Shown: in pieces, positions 15,253-22,473 of the stretch
How positions within the stretch are numbered: position 1 is the stretch's first letter
How the letters are laid out: every line of letters begins with the position of its first letter
Origin: Acidothermus cellulolyticus 11B
GTDB lineage: Bacteria; Actinomycetota; Actinomycetes; Acidothermales; Acidothermaceae
Direction of reading: 5' to 3'
Length of the DNA stretch: 32,000 nucleotides
NCBI RefSeq assembly: GCF_000015025.1
Contig: NC_008578.1
Coordinates: 1,560,001-1,592,000, forward strand
Position numbers and translations under genes: made by a program
The notes under the pieces: model-generated
What the model was told of the DNA's origin: nothing
The model's database searches: none
Seen by the model: the letters and a program-made list of their open reading frames with translations, nothing else

Positions 15253-17877
15253 GTGCCGCGCGCACGAACGCCACTCCCCGCGGAAGCGGCCGCCCCCGCA
15301 GCCGAAGCAGCGGCTGCGGCGTACGCGGCCAGCGGTACTGATCCGCACCGAGCACGTGCGCTTGCCGAGTCGGTGCTCAACGGTCCGGCGCAGCCAGCGG
15401 ACGCCGTCCTCGCCCTCCGTGCGCTCGCCTTGGCGACCCGGCGTCTCGCTGGACCACGGCCCGCTCTCCGGCATGCGGTCCGGGCCGTTCAGGTGGCTCG
15501 CCGCCACGGTCTGATTGAGCCGCTCGCGCACGCGCGGATGACGTACGCGGCGCTCCTCGCCGAGACGGGCCGGACCGCCCTCGGGTATGAGGAGTGCCTC
15601 CGGGCGGCGGCCGAGCTCCGCGGCGTCCAACGCGGCCCTGTCCTCGCGCAACTGGGCCTGCTCGCCGCCCGGATCGGGGACACCGAGGCGGCACTGCGGT
15701 ACTACGCCCGCGCGCTTCCCCTGCTGCGCCGGACCGCTGACGTCCACGGGCAATGCCGTCTCTATCTCAACCGGGCCAACACGCTGGCGTACGCCGGCCT
15801 ATGGGACGCCGCGGAGCGCGACCTGCGCCGCGCGGCGGAGGTTGCGAACTGCGCCGGGCTGGCCGAGTATCGGTCGACCATCGCGGAGAACCTCGGGTTC
15901 GTCCGGCTGCGCCGCGGGGACGTCCTCGGTGCACTGCGCCACCTCGACATCGCCATCGAGGACGCCGACCCGTACGGCCGGCTCGCCATCACCTGTGACC
16001 GCGCCGAGGCGCTGCTCGTGGCTGGACTCGCGGGCGAAGCACGCCGCGAGCTTGAGCAGGCCATCCCGCAGCTTGCCGCCGCCGGGTTCGCGATCGACGC
16101 CGCCGAGTGGCACCTGCTCGCGGCCCGGGCGGCCCTCGCGGAGGGCGACTGGACGGCGGCGGCGGACCGGGCCGCGCACGCGGCCGAAGCCTTCCGCCGC
16201 CAGCGACGCCGGAGCTGGGAGCTGCTCGCCCGCCACGTCCTGCTCGCGGCTCGGTTCGGCGGCGGGGAACGCAGCGGCCGGCTCCGTGCCGCCGCCCGGC
16301 GCTTAGCCGCCGAACTCGCCGGACGCTGGCCGGAGTCAGCAGCCCGTGCCCTGGTGATCTGCGGGGAGATCGAGGCGGCGCGACGGCGTGCTGACCAGGC
16401 CATCGGTTACTTCCACGACGCGGCCGCGCTCGTCGTCCGGCACCGCCACCCACCGGCGCAGTGGCGGGCGGCGGCCTATTACGCCAGGGCGCGGGCCCAC
16501 ACACTGAGCGGCAATCTGCCAGCCGCCCGGGCTTCGCTCCGCGCTGGTCTTCGGATCGTGCGGGAGTACGCCGCCTCTCTCGGGGCCACCGACCTGCGGA
16601 TCAGCGCTGCGGCATTCGGCCGCGACCTCGCGGAGGAAGGATTGCGGCTCGCCCTCCGTTCGGGCCGGCCGTCCGTCCTCCTCGAGTGGTCGGAGATCGC
16701 CCGGGCCACGGCGCTGCGCAGCCGACCGCTGCGGCCGCCGGCTGACCCCGAGCTTGCCGCCGATCTCGCCGAATTGCGCAGGGTGACCGGCCTGCTCGCT
16801 GACGCCATCGCGGTTGGAGAGGACGCCCGCCCGTTGCGGGCCCGGCAAACGGAACTGGAAAATCGCATCCGGCATCGGGCCAGATTGCTCGGGCAGCAGG
16901 TCTGGCGCGGCGAGCTCACCGCACCGTGCCGTACGCCGGTCCTGGCTGCGGCACTTGGTGATCGGACCCTTGTCGCCTATGTCGCCGTGGACGGGAACTT
17001 GTTCGCCGTCACCGTGCACGGCCGGAGGTGCCGGCTCACGGCGCTCCCCGGATACCGGGAAATTCGCGATGAACTGCGCTCACTGCGATTCAGCATGCAG
17101 CGGATCGCCCATCGGCACGGCTCCGCGGCAGCGCGGTCGGCCGCCGTCCTAGCCCGGGATCACGCAATCGACCGACTGCGTGCCCTTCTCCTTGCCCCGC
17201 TGCGTCTTCCTGACAGTGAACTCATCGTCATTCCCACGGGTGACTTGCACGCCGTCCCGTGGTCTGCGCTGGTTGACGATCGACCGGTGACCGTCGCCCC
17301 CGCCGCGCACCTATGGCTCGGCTCCGTCCGCTCATCCGCCGGACGCAATCACCGCGTCACCGTGGTGGCCGGTCCCCGCCTTGCCCATGCCGACACCGAA
17401 ATCCGCGCCGTCGCCGCCCGCTATCCACGCGCCCAGGTGCTCACCGCCGAGACGGCAACCGTCGGCGCCGTCCGTGCGGCGATGGACGGCGCCGACCTGG
17501 TGCACATCGCCGCACACGGCCGGTTCCGCAGCGACAACCCGTTATTCTCAGCCATCGAACTGGCCGACGGACCGCTCACCGTTTATGACGTCGAGGAATT
17601 ACGTCGTCCCCCGCGCGTTCTCGTTCTCTCGGCGTGCGAATCCGGATTGTCCGCCGTGCACCCGGGCGACGAGCTGATGGGACTCACCGCGGCGCTGCTT
17701 GGCATGGGGACACGGACGGTCATCGCCTCGGTCTGTCCGGTGCCGGACGACCTCACCGCCGACTTCATGACGGAATTTCACCGGCATTTCGCGGCACGGG
17801 CGGACGCCGCAGCGGCACTTTTCGCGGCTCGCAACGCAATTGCGTGTGACGGTTTTCTCTGCTTGGGTGCGGCGTAA
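15253..17877 (+). CDS. TPR-CHAT protein: about 560-aa Ala/Arg/Leu-rich TPR-like solenoid plus a C-terminal CHAT (caspase-fold) peptidase domain
   Basis: 874 aa. TPR-like repeats are present, for example EAALRYYARALPLLRR and LYLNRANTLAYAGLWDAAERDLRRAAEV. The CHAT dyad context is LVHIAAHGRF (His) and RVLVLSACESG (Cys). No P-loop was seen. The start lies 12 nt after the preceding stop, and the exact start is uncertain. Confidence 0.85.
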   Translation: MPRARTPLPAEAAAPAAEAAAAAYAASGTDPHRARALAESVLNGPAQPADAVLALRALALATRRLAGPRPALRHAVRAVQVARRHGLIEPLAHARMTYAALLAETGRTALGYEECLRAAAELRGVQRGPVLAQLGLLAARIGDTEAALRYYARALPLLRRTADVHGQCRLYLNRANTLAYAGLWDAAERDLRRAAEVANCAGLAEYRSTIAENLGFVRLRRGDVLGALRHLDIAIEDADPYGRLAITCDRAEALLVAGLAGEARRELEQAIPQLAAAGFAIDAAEWHLLAARAALAEGDWTAAADRAAHAAEAFRRQRRRSWELLARHVLLAARFGGGERSGRLRAAARRLAAELAGRWPESAARALVICGEIEAARRRADQAIGYFHDAAALVVRHRHPPAQWRAAAYYARARAHTLSGNLPAARASLRAGLRIVREYAASLGATDLRISAAAFGRDLAEEGLRLALRSGRPSVLLEWSEIARATALRSRPLRPPADPELAADLAELRRVTGLLADAIAVGEDARPLRARQTELENRIRHRARLLGQQVWRGELTAPCRTPVLAAALGDRTLVAYVAVDGNLFAVTVHGRRCRLTALPGYREIRDELRSLRFSMQRIAHRHGSAAARSAAVLARDHAIDRLRALLLAPLRLPDSELIVIPTGDLHAVPWSALVDDRPVTVAPAAHLWLGSVRSSAGRNHRVTVVAGPRLAHADTEIRAVAARYPRAQVLTAETATVGAVRAAMDGADLVHIAAHGRFRSDNPLFSAIELADGPLTVYDVEELRRPPRVLVLSACESGLSAVHPGDELMGLTAALLGMGTRTVIASVCPVPDDLTADFMTEFHRHFAARADAAAALFAARNAIACDGFLCLGAA

Positions 17878-17910
17878 CTGGATTCCCGGCGGTCGGCGCA
17901 GAACTTTTCG

Positions 17911-17970
17911 CGGCAGGCGCCGGCGAGGATTTCCCATCGGCGGCAGGCGCCGGCGAGAATCGTCCGCGGC
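17911..17970. repeat. 30-bp tandem direct repeat x2 downstream of the CHAT gene
   Basis: The units are cggcaggcgccggcgaggatttcccatcgg and cggcaggcgccggcgagaatcgtccgcggc. The first 17 nt are identical, and overall identity is about 22/30. Confidence 0.85.
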
Positions 17971-18020
17971 ACCCTGGTTTTCCCGGCGGACGGCACCGGC
18001 AAGCGAAACACGCCGCCCGC

Positions 18021-18049
18021 TTGACGACCCTACCCCGCGTTGGTACCCT
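18021..18049 (+). promoter_or_regulatory. Putative housekeeping-type promoter for the secreted-protein/ABC gene set
   Basis: TTGACG (18021-18026) is followed by a 17-nt spacer and TACCCT (18044-18049, fitting TAnnnT). This places the start site about 30 nt upstream of the SD-led ATG at 18087. Confidence 0.4.
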
Positions 18050-18086
18050 CCTGCTGTCCACGGAGATCGTCTCGGAGGTAGCAGAT

Positions 18087-18550
18087 ATGACGTTCGTCCG
18101 AAAGTTTCTGACACTCCCCCCCTCGCTGCCGTGGTCCTGACCGCAGCCGCGGGAATTGCCCGAGCCGCCACCAGCACATCCGTCACCTGGGGTCCTGTTT
18201 ACGCCTACTACAAGAACATCGCGCGCGCCATGGGTGCAGGTAGCACAAGTATCAGTGGGGATCGCACAAGTGTGTTGAACGCCTTCTACCTCGATGACCG
18301 CGCGGACGACGGCAACAACGTCTACGGGCATACGACATTCTCTTTTCTTATCGGCAATTACTTCTATGATGATGTAACGCGCTCAACCGGCGAATACTCG
18401 TACTGGACGACCCCTGTCACCCGGACGTTGACCGACCGGCTGCGGACGGACGCCCGTGCCGTGCGTGCAGCTAGTAAAGTCTGCGTTCAGCTCGGCTGGC
18501 CCGTGCCGGACAGCTGCTCGCCGCAGGCTATTACCACCCTCGGATACTGA
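18087..18550 (+). CDS. Small Tyr-rich secreted protein of unknown function; the reading frame is interrupted at a C7 tract (frameshift, sequencing error or pseudogene)
   Basis: GGAGG (18074-18078) lies 8 nt upstream of ATG 18087. That frame encodes MTFVRKFLTLPP and then stops at 18138-18140. The long ORF in the adjacent frame continues as LAAVVLTAAAGIARA/ATSTS..., which is an h-region plus an AxA cleavage site. The two frames join across C7 at 18116-18122; one extra C would restore a canonical signal peptide. The in-frame GTG at 18131 is a weaker alternative start. Confidence 0.55.
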
Positions 18551-18576
18551 AGCGCCCGGCGTTATCGGAGTTCGCG

Positions 18577-19368
18577 TTGACACTATCGGCATCTCACGTG
18601 GAGAGCAGCCGTACCGACCCTTCGGCTGCTCTCCGCAGCGTCACGGTGCGATTCGGAAAACTCACGGCACTCGACGAGGTGACACTTACCTTCCGCCCTG
18701 GAATCACCGCGGTCACCGGGCCGAATGGCGGCGGCAAATCCACTCTGCTGCGCGTTCTCGCGACACTTCACCAACCGGACGCCGGTGACGCCACCGTTGC
18801 GGGACATCCGGTGACGGCAACGGCGGGTCTCCGCACCGTGCGCCGCATCCTCGGATATCTTCCGCAAGAACCGACGTACTTCGACCATCTGCGCGTCGAC
18901 GAAGCGCTGCACTACGCGGGCTGGCTTCATGGGATGCACTACCGGGCGCGGGCAACGGCGATTGCCTCACTCGCCGAGAAATTCTCACTCACCGACCTGC
19001 TACCGCGTAAAGTCGCCCTCCTCTCCGGCGGCACCCGCCGGCGGGCGTATTTTGCTGCAACGCTCATGCACGATCCGCTGTTTGCCGTCTTCGACGAGCC
19101 GACCAGCGGTGTGGATCCCACGCGGCGGGTGGACATCCGCAATGCGTTGCGCGAGCTGGCCGCCGGGAGGACGGTCATTTTTTCGACGCAGTTGACCGAG
19201 GATATCGAGCTGCTTGCCGATCGGGTCATTGTGCTGAGCGCCGGGCGGGTGATTTTCGACGGCACACCGCAGGAACTCGCCGCCCTGGGCACGACCGAAC
19301 GCGGCGCCCGGAGAATCGAGACGGCGCTCCGCTCGCTGCTCGACCGGGAACGCGAGGAGTCGCGGTGA
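18577..19368 (+). CDS. ABC transporter ATP-binding protein
   Basis: Motifs seen: Walker A GPNGGGKST, Q-loop YLPQE, signature LSGGTRRR and Walker B LFAVFDEPTSGVD. TTG 18577 has GGAG 6 nt upstream. GTG 18598 is an alternative start. Confidence 0.9.
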   Translation: MTLSASHVESSRTDPSAALRSVTVRFGKLTALDEVTLTFRPGITAVTGPNGGGKSTLLRVLATLHQPDAGDATVAGHPVTATAGLRTVRRILGYLPQEPTYFDHLRVDEALHYAGWLHGMHYRARATAIASLAEKFSLTDLLPRKVALLSGGTRRRAYFAATLMHDPLFAVFDEPTSGVDPTRRVDIRNALRELAAGRTVIFSTQLTEDIELLADRVIVLSAGRVIFDGTPQELAALGTTERGARRIETALRSLLDREREESR

Positions 19369-20639
19369 GCGAAGCGGCTGTCGAGCGGCCAGTCGCCGAA
19401 GAAGGCCGCCAATCACAACGGCCCGTCCGCTTTCCCGTGCTCCGCGCCCACATCTGGCGTACGCCGCTCCGCTTCGCATTACCGCTTTTCGCCGCCGCAG
19501 TCGCTGCACATCTCGGCCTGCGCACCATGCCGTGGCGACACGAATGGTTCTGGGCGACGTACGAATATGACTTCGTCACCGTGCTCCTCGGCCCCTTGCT
19601 CAGCTGCGCCGCTGCTATCGAGGGATACCGGCTGCGGCGCACGCACGCGGCAATTGGAACGTCGACGCGCGTCCTGCGCGCGACAGCCGGCCGTTTTCTC
19701 GCTCCCGTATTCTGGGCATTGCTCGCCGGCGCCTGCGGTTTGCTCGCGGTCTGGATTCTCGTGCGTCTAGCCGGAACGCCCGGCCTGCCGGATCCCTCCT
19801 CCTGGGAAAGCGTCATCCCGGCAACCGCTCAACTTCTCGCGTACGCCGCCGCAGGATTCGGTCTCGCGTATGCGCTGCCGCATGTCGTCGTCATACCATT
19901 CTCCGGGATCGTGACCTTCGGCCTCACCCTGTTCCTCTACACGAGCAATCTTCCGGAATCCTTGATAGTCGTCGGCGGAGCAAGCGGCTCGACCGCTACG
20001 CTCCGGCCCCATGGCCCAACGGTCGCAGCCCAAACCTGCGCCTACGCGGCGTTCGCCGTTGCGATCGTCACGACGGTCGCCGCCTACGAAGGGTGGCCGA
20101 AGCGGTCACGGGTCTACGTCGCAGCCGCGGCCGCTGTTGCCGCTGTTGCCGCTGCCATACCACTTTTTTACGTCGGGCAGCCGCTCGAGCCGTTCCATCC
20201 GCGGCTGACCTGCATGGGAACAGCGCCGCGGCTCTGCGCCCTGCCGGGATATGCCCGTTTTCTTGCCACCACGCGGACCGACATCATGCGCTTCGCCGCA
20301 CCGCTGCACGAGCTCGGCGTTGATTTACCGGCAGTTTTTTCACAAGACCCCGGAGCAGGCGACGCGCCGCTCGACGCGCACACTTTGACCGCCACCCGCG
20401 CCGCAGATCGGCTGCTCGGAATTGACGTACTTCTGCGCAACAGACTGCTTTCCGGAGCCAAGAGCTGTCGGTTCACCATGTCCGCCTATACGGACATGAC
20501 GACCCTGGACAACTGGTTGCTCTACCGCGTCGATGCATCACTCCTTCCCTCCCTCACTGCGGATACCGACGCGGTACGCCGGCTCAGTCCGGCCGATGTC
20601 CGGGCCGCGTTGGATCGGCTGCGCCGTGAATGTGCCTGA
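19365..20639 (+). CDS. Polytopic membrane protein (about 7 hydrophobic segments) with a Cys-containing C-terminal domain of about 150 aa; putative ABC-associated permease
   Basis: GTGA overlap with the ATPase stop, with GAGGAG 5 nt upstream. Hydrophobic segments include LRFALPLFAAAVAAHLGL, FLAPVFWALLAGACGLLAVWILV and VVVIPFSGIVTFGLTLFLY. I did not recognise any family signature. Confidence 0.7.
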   Translation: MSEAAVERPVAEEGRQSQRPVRFPVLRAHIWRTPLRFALPLFAAAVAAHLGLRTMPWRHEWFWATYEYDFVTVLLGPLLSCAAAIEGYRLRRTHAAIGTSTRVLRATAGRFLAPVFWALLAGACGLLAVWILVRLAGTPGLPDPSSWESVIPATAQLLAYAAAGFGLAYALPHVVVIPFSGIVTFGLTLFLYTSNLPESLIVVGGASGSTATLRPHGPTVAAQTCAYAAFAVAIVTTVAAYEGWPKRSRVYVAAAAAVAAVAAAIPLFYVGQPLEPFHPRLTCMGTAPRLCALPGYARFLATTRTDIMRFAAPLHELGVDLPAVFSQDPGAGDAPLDAHTLTATRAADRLLGIDVLLRNRLLSGAKSCRFTMSAYTDMTTLDNWLLYRVDASLLPSLTADTDAVRRLSPADVRAALDRLRRECA

Positions 20640-20721
20640 CAATCCGCTGATGGCCCACCCGCAGGCTCACCCATCCCCCGCCTCGTCTCACCCACCATCA
20701 GCCGAACCACCGGAGCAGCGG

Positions 20722-21384
20722 ATGCGGCGCCGCTTGCTCGTGCGAAAACGCGTGCGCCCCCAGGTCCAACGCGGTCTGCCGGTACGCGACGCCGTCCGGT
20801 CAATGCGATGGACATTTCTGCTGGTGTTCCGGGCCTGGCACCTGCCGACACTCGCCTTGGCGGCAGTTGTTGCCGCCGTTGCGTGGTTGGTGATCCCTGG
20901 CACCGCTGTCGCCGTGCCGGCGCGGGACGGCGTGTCGTCCGTCATCTGGCCGCTGCTTCCGGCCCTCACCTGCTCGGTGATTCCCTTTATCGTTGAGGCC
21001 TTGCGATCCCCGGCGGTTGCGGCGTCCTCACGCCGGCACGCGGCGATAGCGGGCCGTCTGCTCCTCGCGCTCCTCGTACTTCTCGCCGCAGCGAACACCG
21101 CGAGCGTGCGTTTCGATACCGTCATCGTCGCGAGAAACACCGCTATCCTCTTCGGATTCGCCGCTGTCACGGCGCGGTATGCACCGAGTATGGTCGCCGC
21201 ATCCGCGACCGTTGGTGTGCCGATGGTGATGTGGCTCTTTGGCCCGGACATCCACGGCACGGTTCACAGCTGGGCGGTTCTGCTTGCCGGCCGGACGTCC
21301 TGGCTTGCTCTCGTGATTGCCTGCGCCGGGCTGGTGAGCGGCGCGGCGGCGATCCTCCGGCCACCCAAACACGCGTCGAGGTAG
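20722..21384 (+). CDS. Membrane protein of unknown function (4-6 hydrophobic segments)
   Basis: It has a basic N-terminus (MRRRLLVRKRVRPQVQR) followed by hydrophobic segments such as LPTLALAAVVAAVAWLVI and LLLALLVLLAAANTA. GGAG lies 6 nt upstream of ATG 20722. In-frame alternative starts exist at 20626, 20632 and 20650. Confidence 0.6.
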   Translation: MRRRLLVRKRVRPQVQRGLPVRDAVRSMRWTFLLVFRAWHLPTLALAAVVAAVAWLVIPGTAVAVPARDGVSSVIWPLLPALTCSVIPFIVEALRSPAVAASSRRHAAIAGRLLLALLVLLAAANTASVRFDTVIVARNTAILFGFAAVTARYAPSMVAASATVGVPMVMWLFGPDIHGTVHSWAVLLAGRTSWLALVIACAGLVSGAAAILRPPKHASR

Positions 21385-21386
21385 CC

Positions 21387-21405
21387 CCGGCGCGCCACGC
21401 GCCGG
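21387..21405. terminator. Perfect GC hairpin between convergent genes (possible bidirectional terminator without a U-tract)
   Basis: The sequence ccggcgcg-cca-cgcgccgg gives an 8-bp stem and a 3-nt loop, starting 2 nt after the TAG at 21382-21384. A second palindrome, aacggccggccgtt followed by tt, lies at about 21438-21453. Confidence 0.35.
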
Positions 21406-21483
21406 CACGTCGCCGCCTGTCAAGCGTCGCGGCCCGAACGGCCGGCCGTTTTCGCCGTCGGCACGGATGCGATGCGGGATGTC

Positions 21484-22362
21484 TCAATTGCCGCAGGATT
21501 CCACCAGCCGTTGGCTCTCCGCATCCCCGACGGCCACCGACCGACGGCGGTCCGCAACCCAATTCGACCACGACCCGATATACACCGGCGGGGTCGGCAA
21601 CCCGGCAAGCGTCATCGCGAACGCGGTGTGCGCCGCGTGAATACCGGAACCGCAGTACACGCCGACCGGCGCCGCGTCCGCCATTCCGGCCGCGGTGAAC
21701 CGATCGCGGAGTTCAACCGGATCGCGGAATCGCCCATCAGGCCTGATATTCCCCCCGCTCGGCACGTTTCGCGCCCCGGGAATGTGGCCGCCCACCGGGT
21801 CATAGGGCTCTACCTCGCCACGAAATCGCTCCGGCACCCGGACGTCGGCCAACACCCCGGACGCCGCGATCTCCGCCGCCCCGTCAGCGTCAAGAACCGG
21901 CATATTCCCCGGTCGTGCGACGAAATTCCCTGGCGGCGGCTGCGGAACATCCGTGGTCACCGGATATCCGGCCGCGACCCAGGCCGCGTATCCGCCGTTG
22001 AGCACCCGCACCCGCTCATGCCCGAAATACCGCAACGTCCACCACATCCGCGCGGCCGCCGTACTGTCGGCCGCGTCATACACGACAACGTCGGAATTCT
22101 CCGAGATTCCCGCGCGTCGTGCACATTCTTGGAAATCGTCCGGATGGGGAAGCGGATGACGTCCGCCGGTTCCCGGGCGGCCGCACACGTCGCCGTCGAT
22201 GTCAAGAAAAACCGCGCCGGGGAGGTGCCCGGCCCGGTAGGCAAGGACACCCGGGGGACCGGCGATGTTCCATCGGACGTCGATGAGCACGGGCGGCCGC
22301 GGCCCGTCCAGCCACTCCGCCAATTCGGCAACGTCGACGAGGAGGTCCGGCACTTGGCTCAC
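21484..22362 (-). CDS. Rhodanese-domain sulfurtransferase (thiosulfate/3-mercaptopyruvate type, two rhodanese domains)
   Basis: Motifs seen: VLIDVRW...AYRAGHLPGAVFLD, VVVYD, WWTLRYFGHERVRVLNGG and the active-site loop VYCGSGIHAAH. I trimmed the start to GTG 22362, and it is uncertain. Confidence 0.85.
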   Translation of the reverse strand: MSQVPDLLVDVAELAEWLDGPRPPVLIDVRWNIAGPPGVLAYRAGHLPGAVFLDIDGDVCGRPGTGGRHPLPHPDDFQECARRAGISENSDVVVYDAADSTAAARMWWTLRYFGHERVRVLNGGYAAWVAAGYPVTTDVPQPPPGNFVARPGNMPVLDADGAAEIAASGVLADVRVPERFRGEVEPYDPVGGHIPGARNVPSGGNIRPDGRFRDPVELRDRFTAAGMADAAPVGVYCGSGIHAAHTAFAMTLAGLPTPPVYIGSWSNWVADRRRSVAVGDAESQRLVESCGN

Positions 22363-22419
22363 GCCGCTCAGTCTGCCAGGACGCCATGCGCGGGGTGCGA
22401 CGAGACAGCCGTGGACCAA

Positions 22420-22457
22420 CGGCCGCAACCGGTAATCTCTCAGCCGGCCGCAACCGG
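22420..22457. repeat. 13-bp direct repeat x2 with a 25-bp period, upstream of the sulfurtransferase gene
   Basis: cggccgcaaccgg occurs at 22420-22432 and again at 22445-22457. Confidence 0.85.
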
Positions 22458-22473
22458 CGCGCGCAACGGCGAC

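Larger units (their letters stand above)
12142..21483. other. Putative accessory block inserted between core genes sepH and the sulfurtransferase
   Basis: The gene content is not part of the recognised core synteny. A/T-ending codons are visibly enriched in parts of it, for example 13300-13620, 18180-18420 and 18577-18800. A long noncoding spacer lies at the left edge. No integrase, tRNA or flanking direct repeat was seen. Confidence 0.45.

Noticed and set aside
3161-17966. A shared 'aatcgtccgc' / 'GTCCGC' core between the trkA spacer repeat, the CHAT-downstream repeat, the S8 upstream repeats and the sigma upstream hairpin, read as a possible common operator.
   Set aside because: GTCCGC is expected tens of times by chance in 32 kb of this composition. 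10-12-mer coincidences, including one inside parC at about 27813, are also expected at this scale. There is not enough evidence for a dispersed motif.
17840-18086. The upstream extension of the secreted-protein ORF given in the track (start at 17840).
   Set aside because: The extension overlaps the CHAT gene end, encodes an Arg-rich stretch (RRRTFRGRRRRGFPIGGRRRR) and crosses the predicted promoter. The SD-led ATG at 18087 plus the C7 frameshift explains the locus better.
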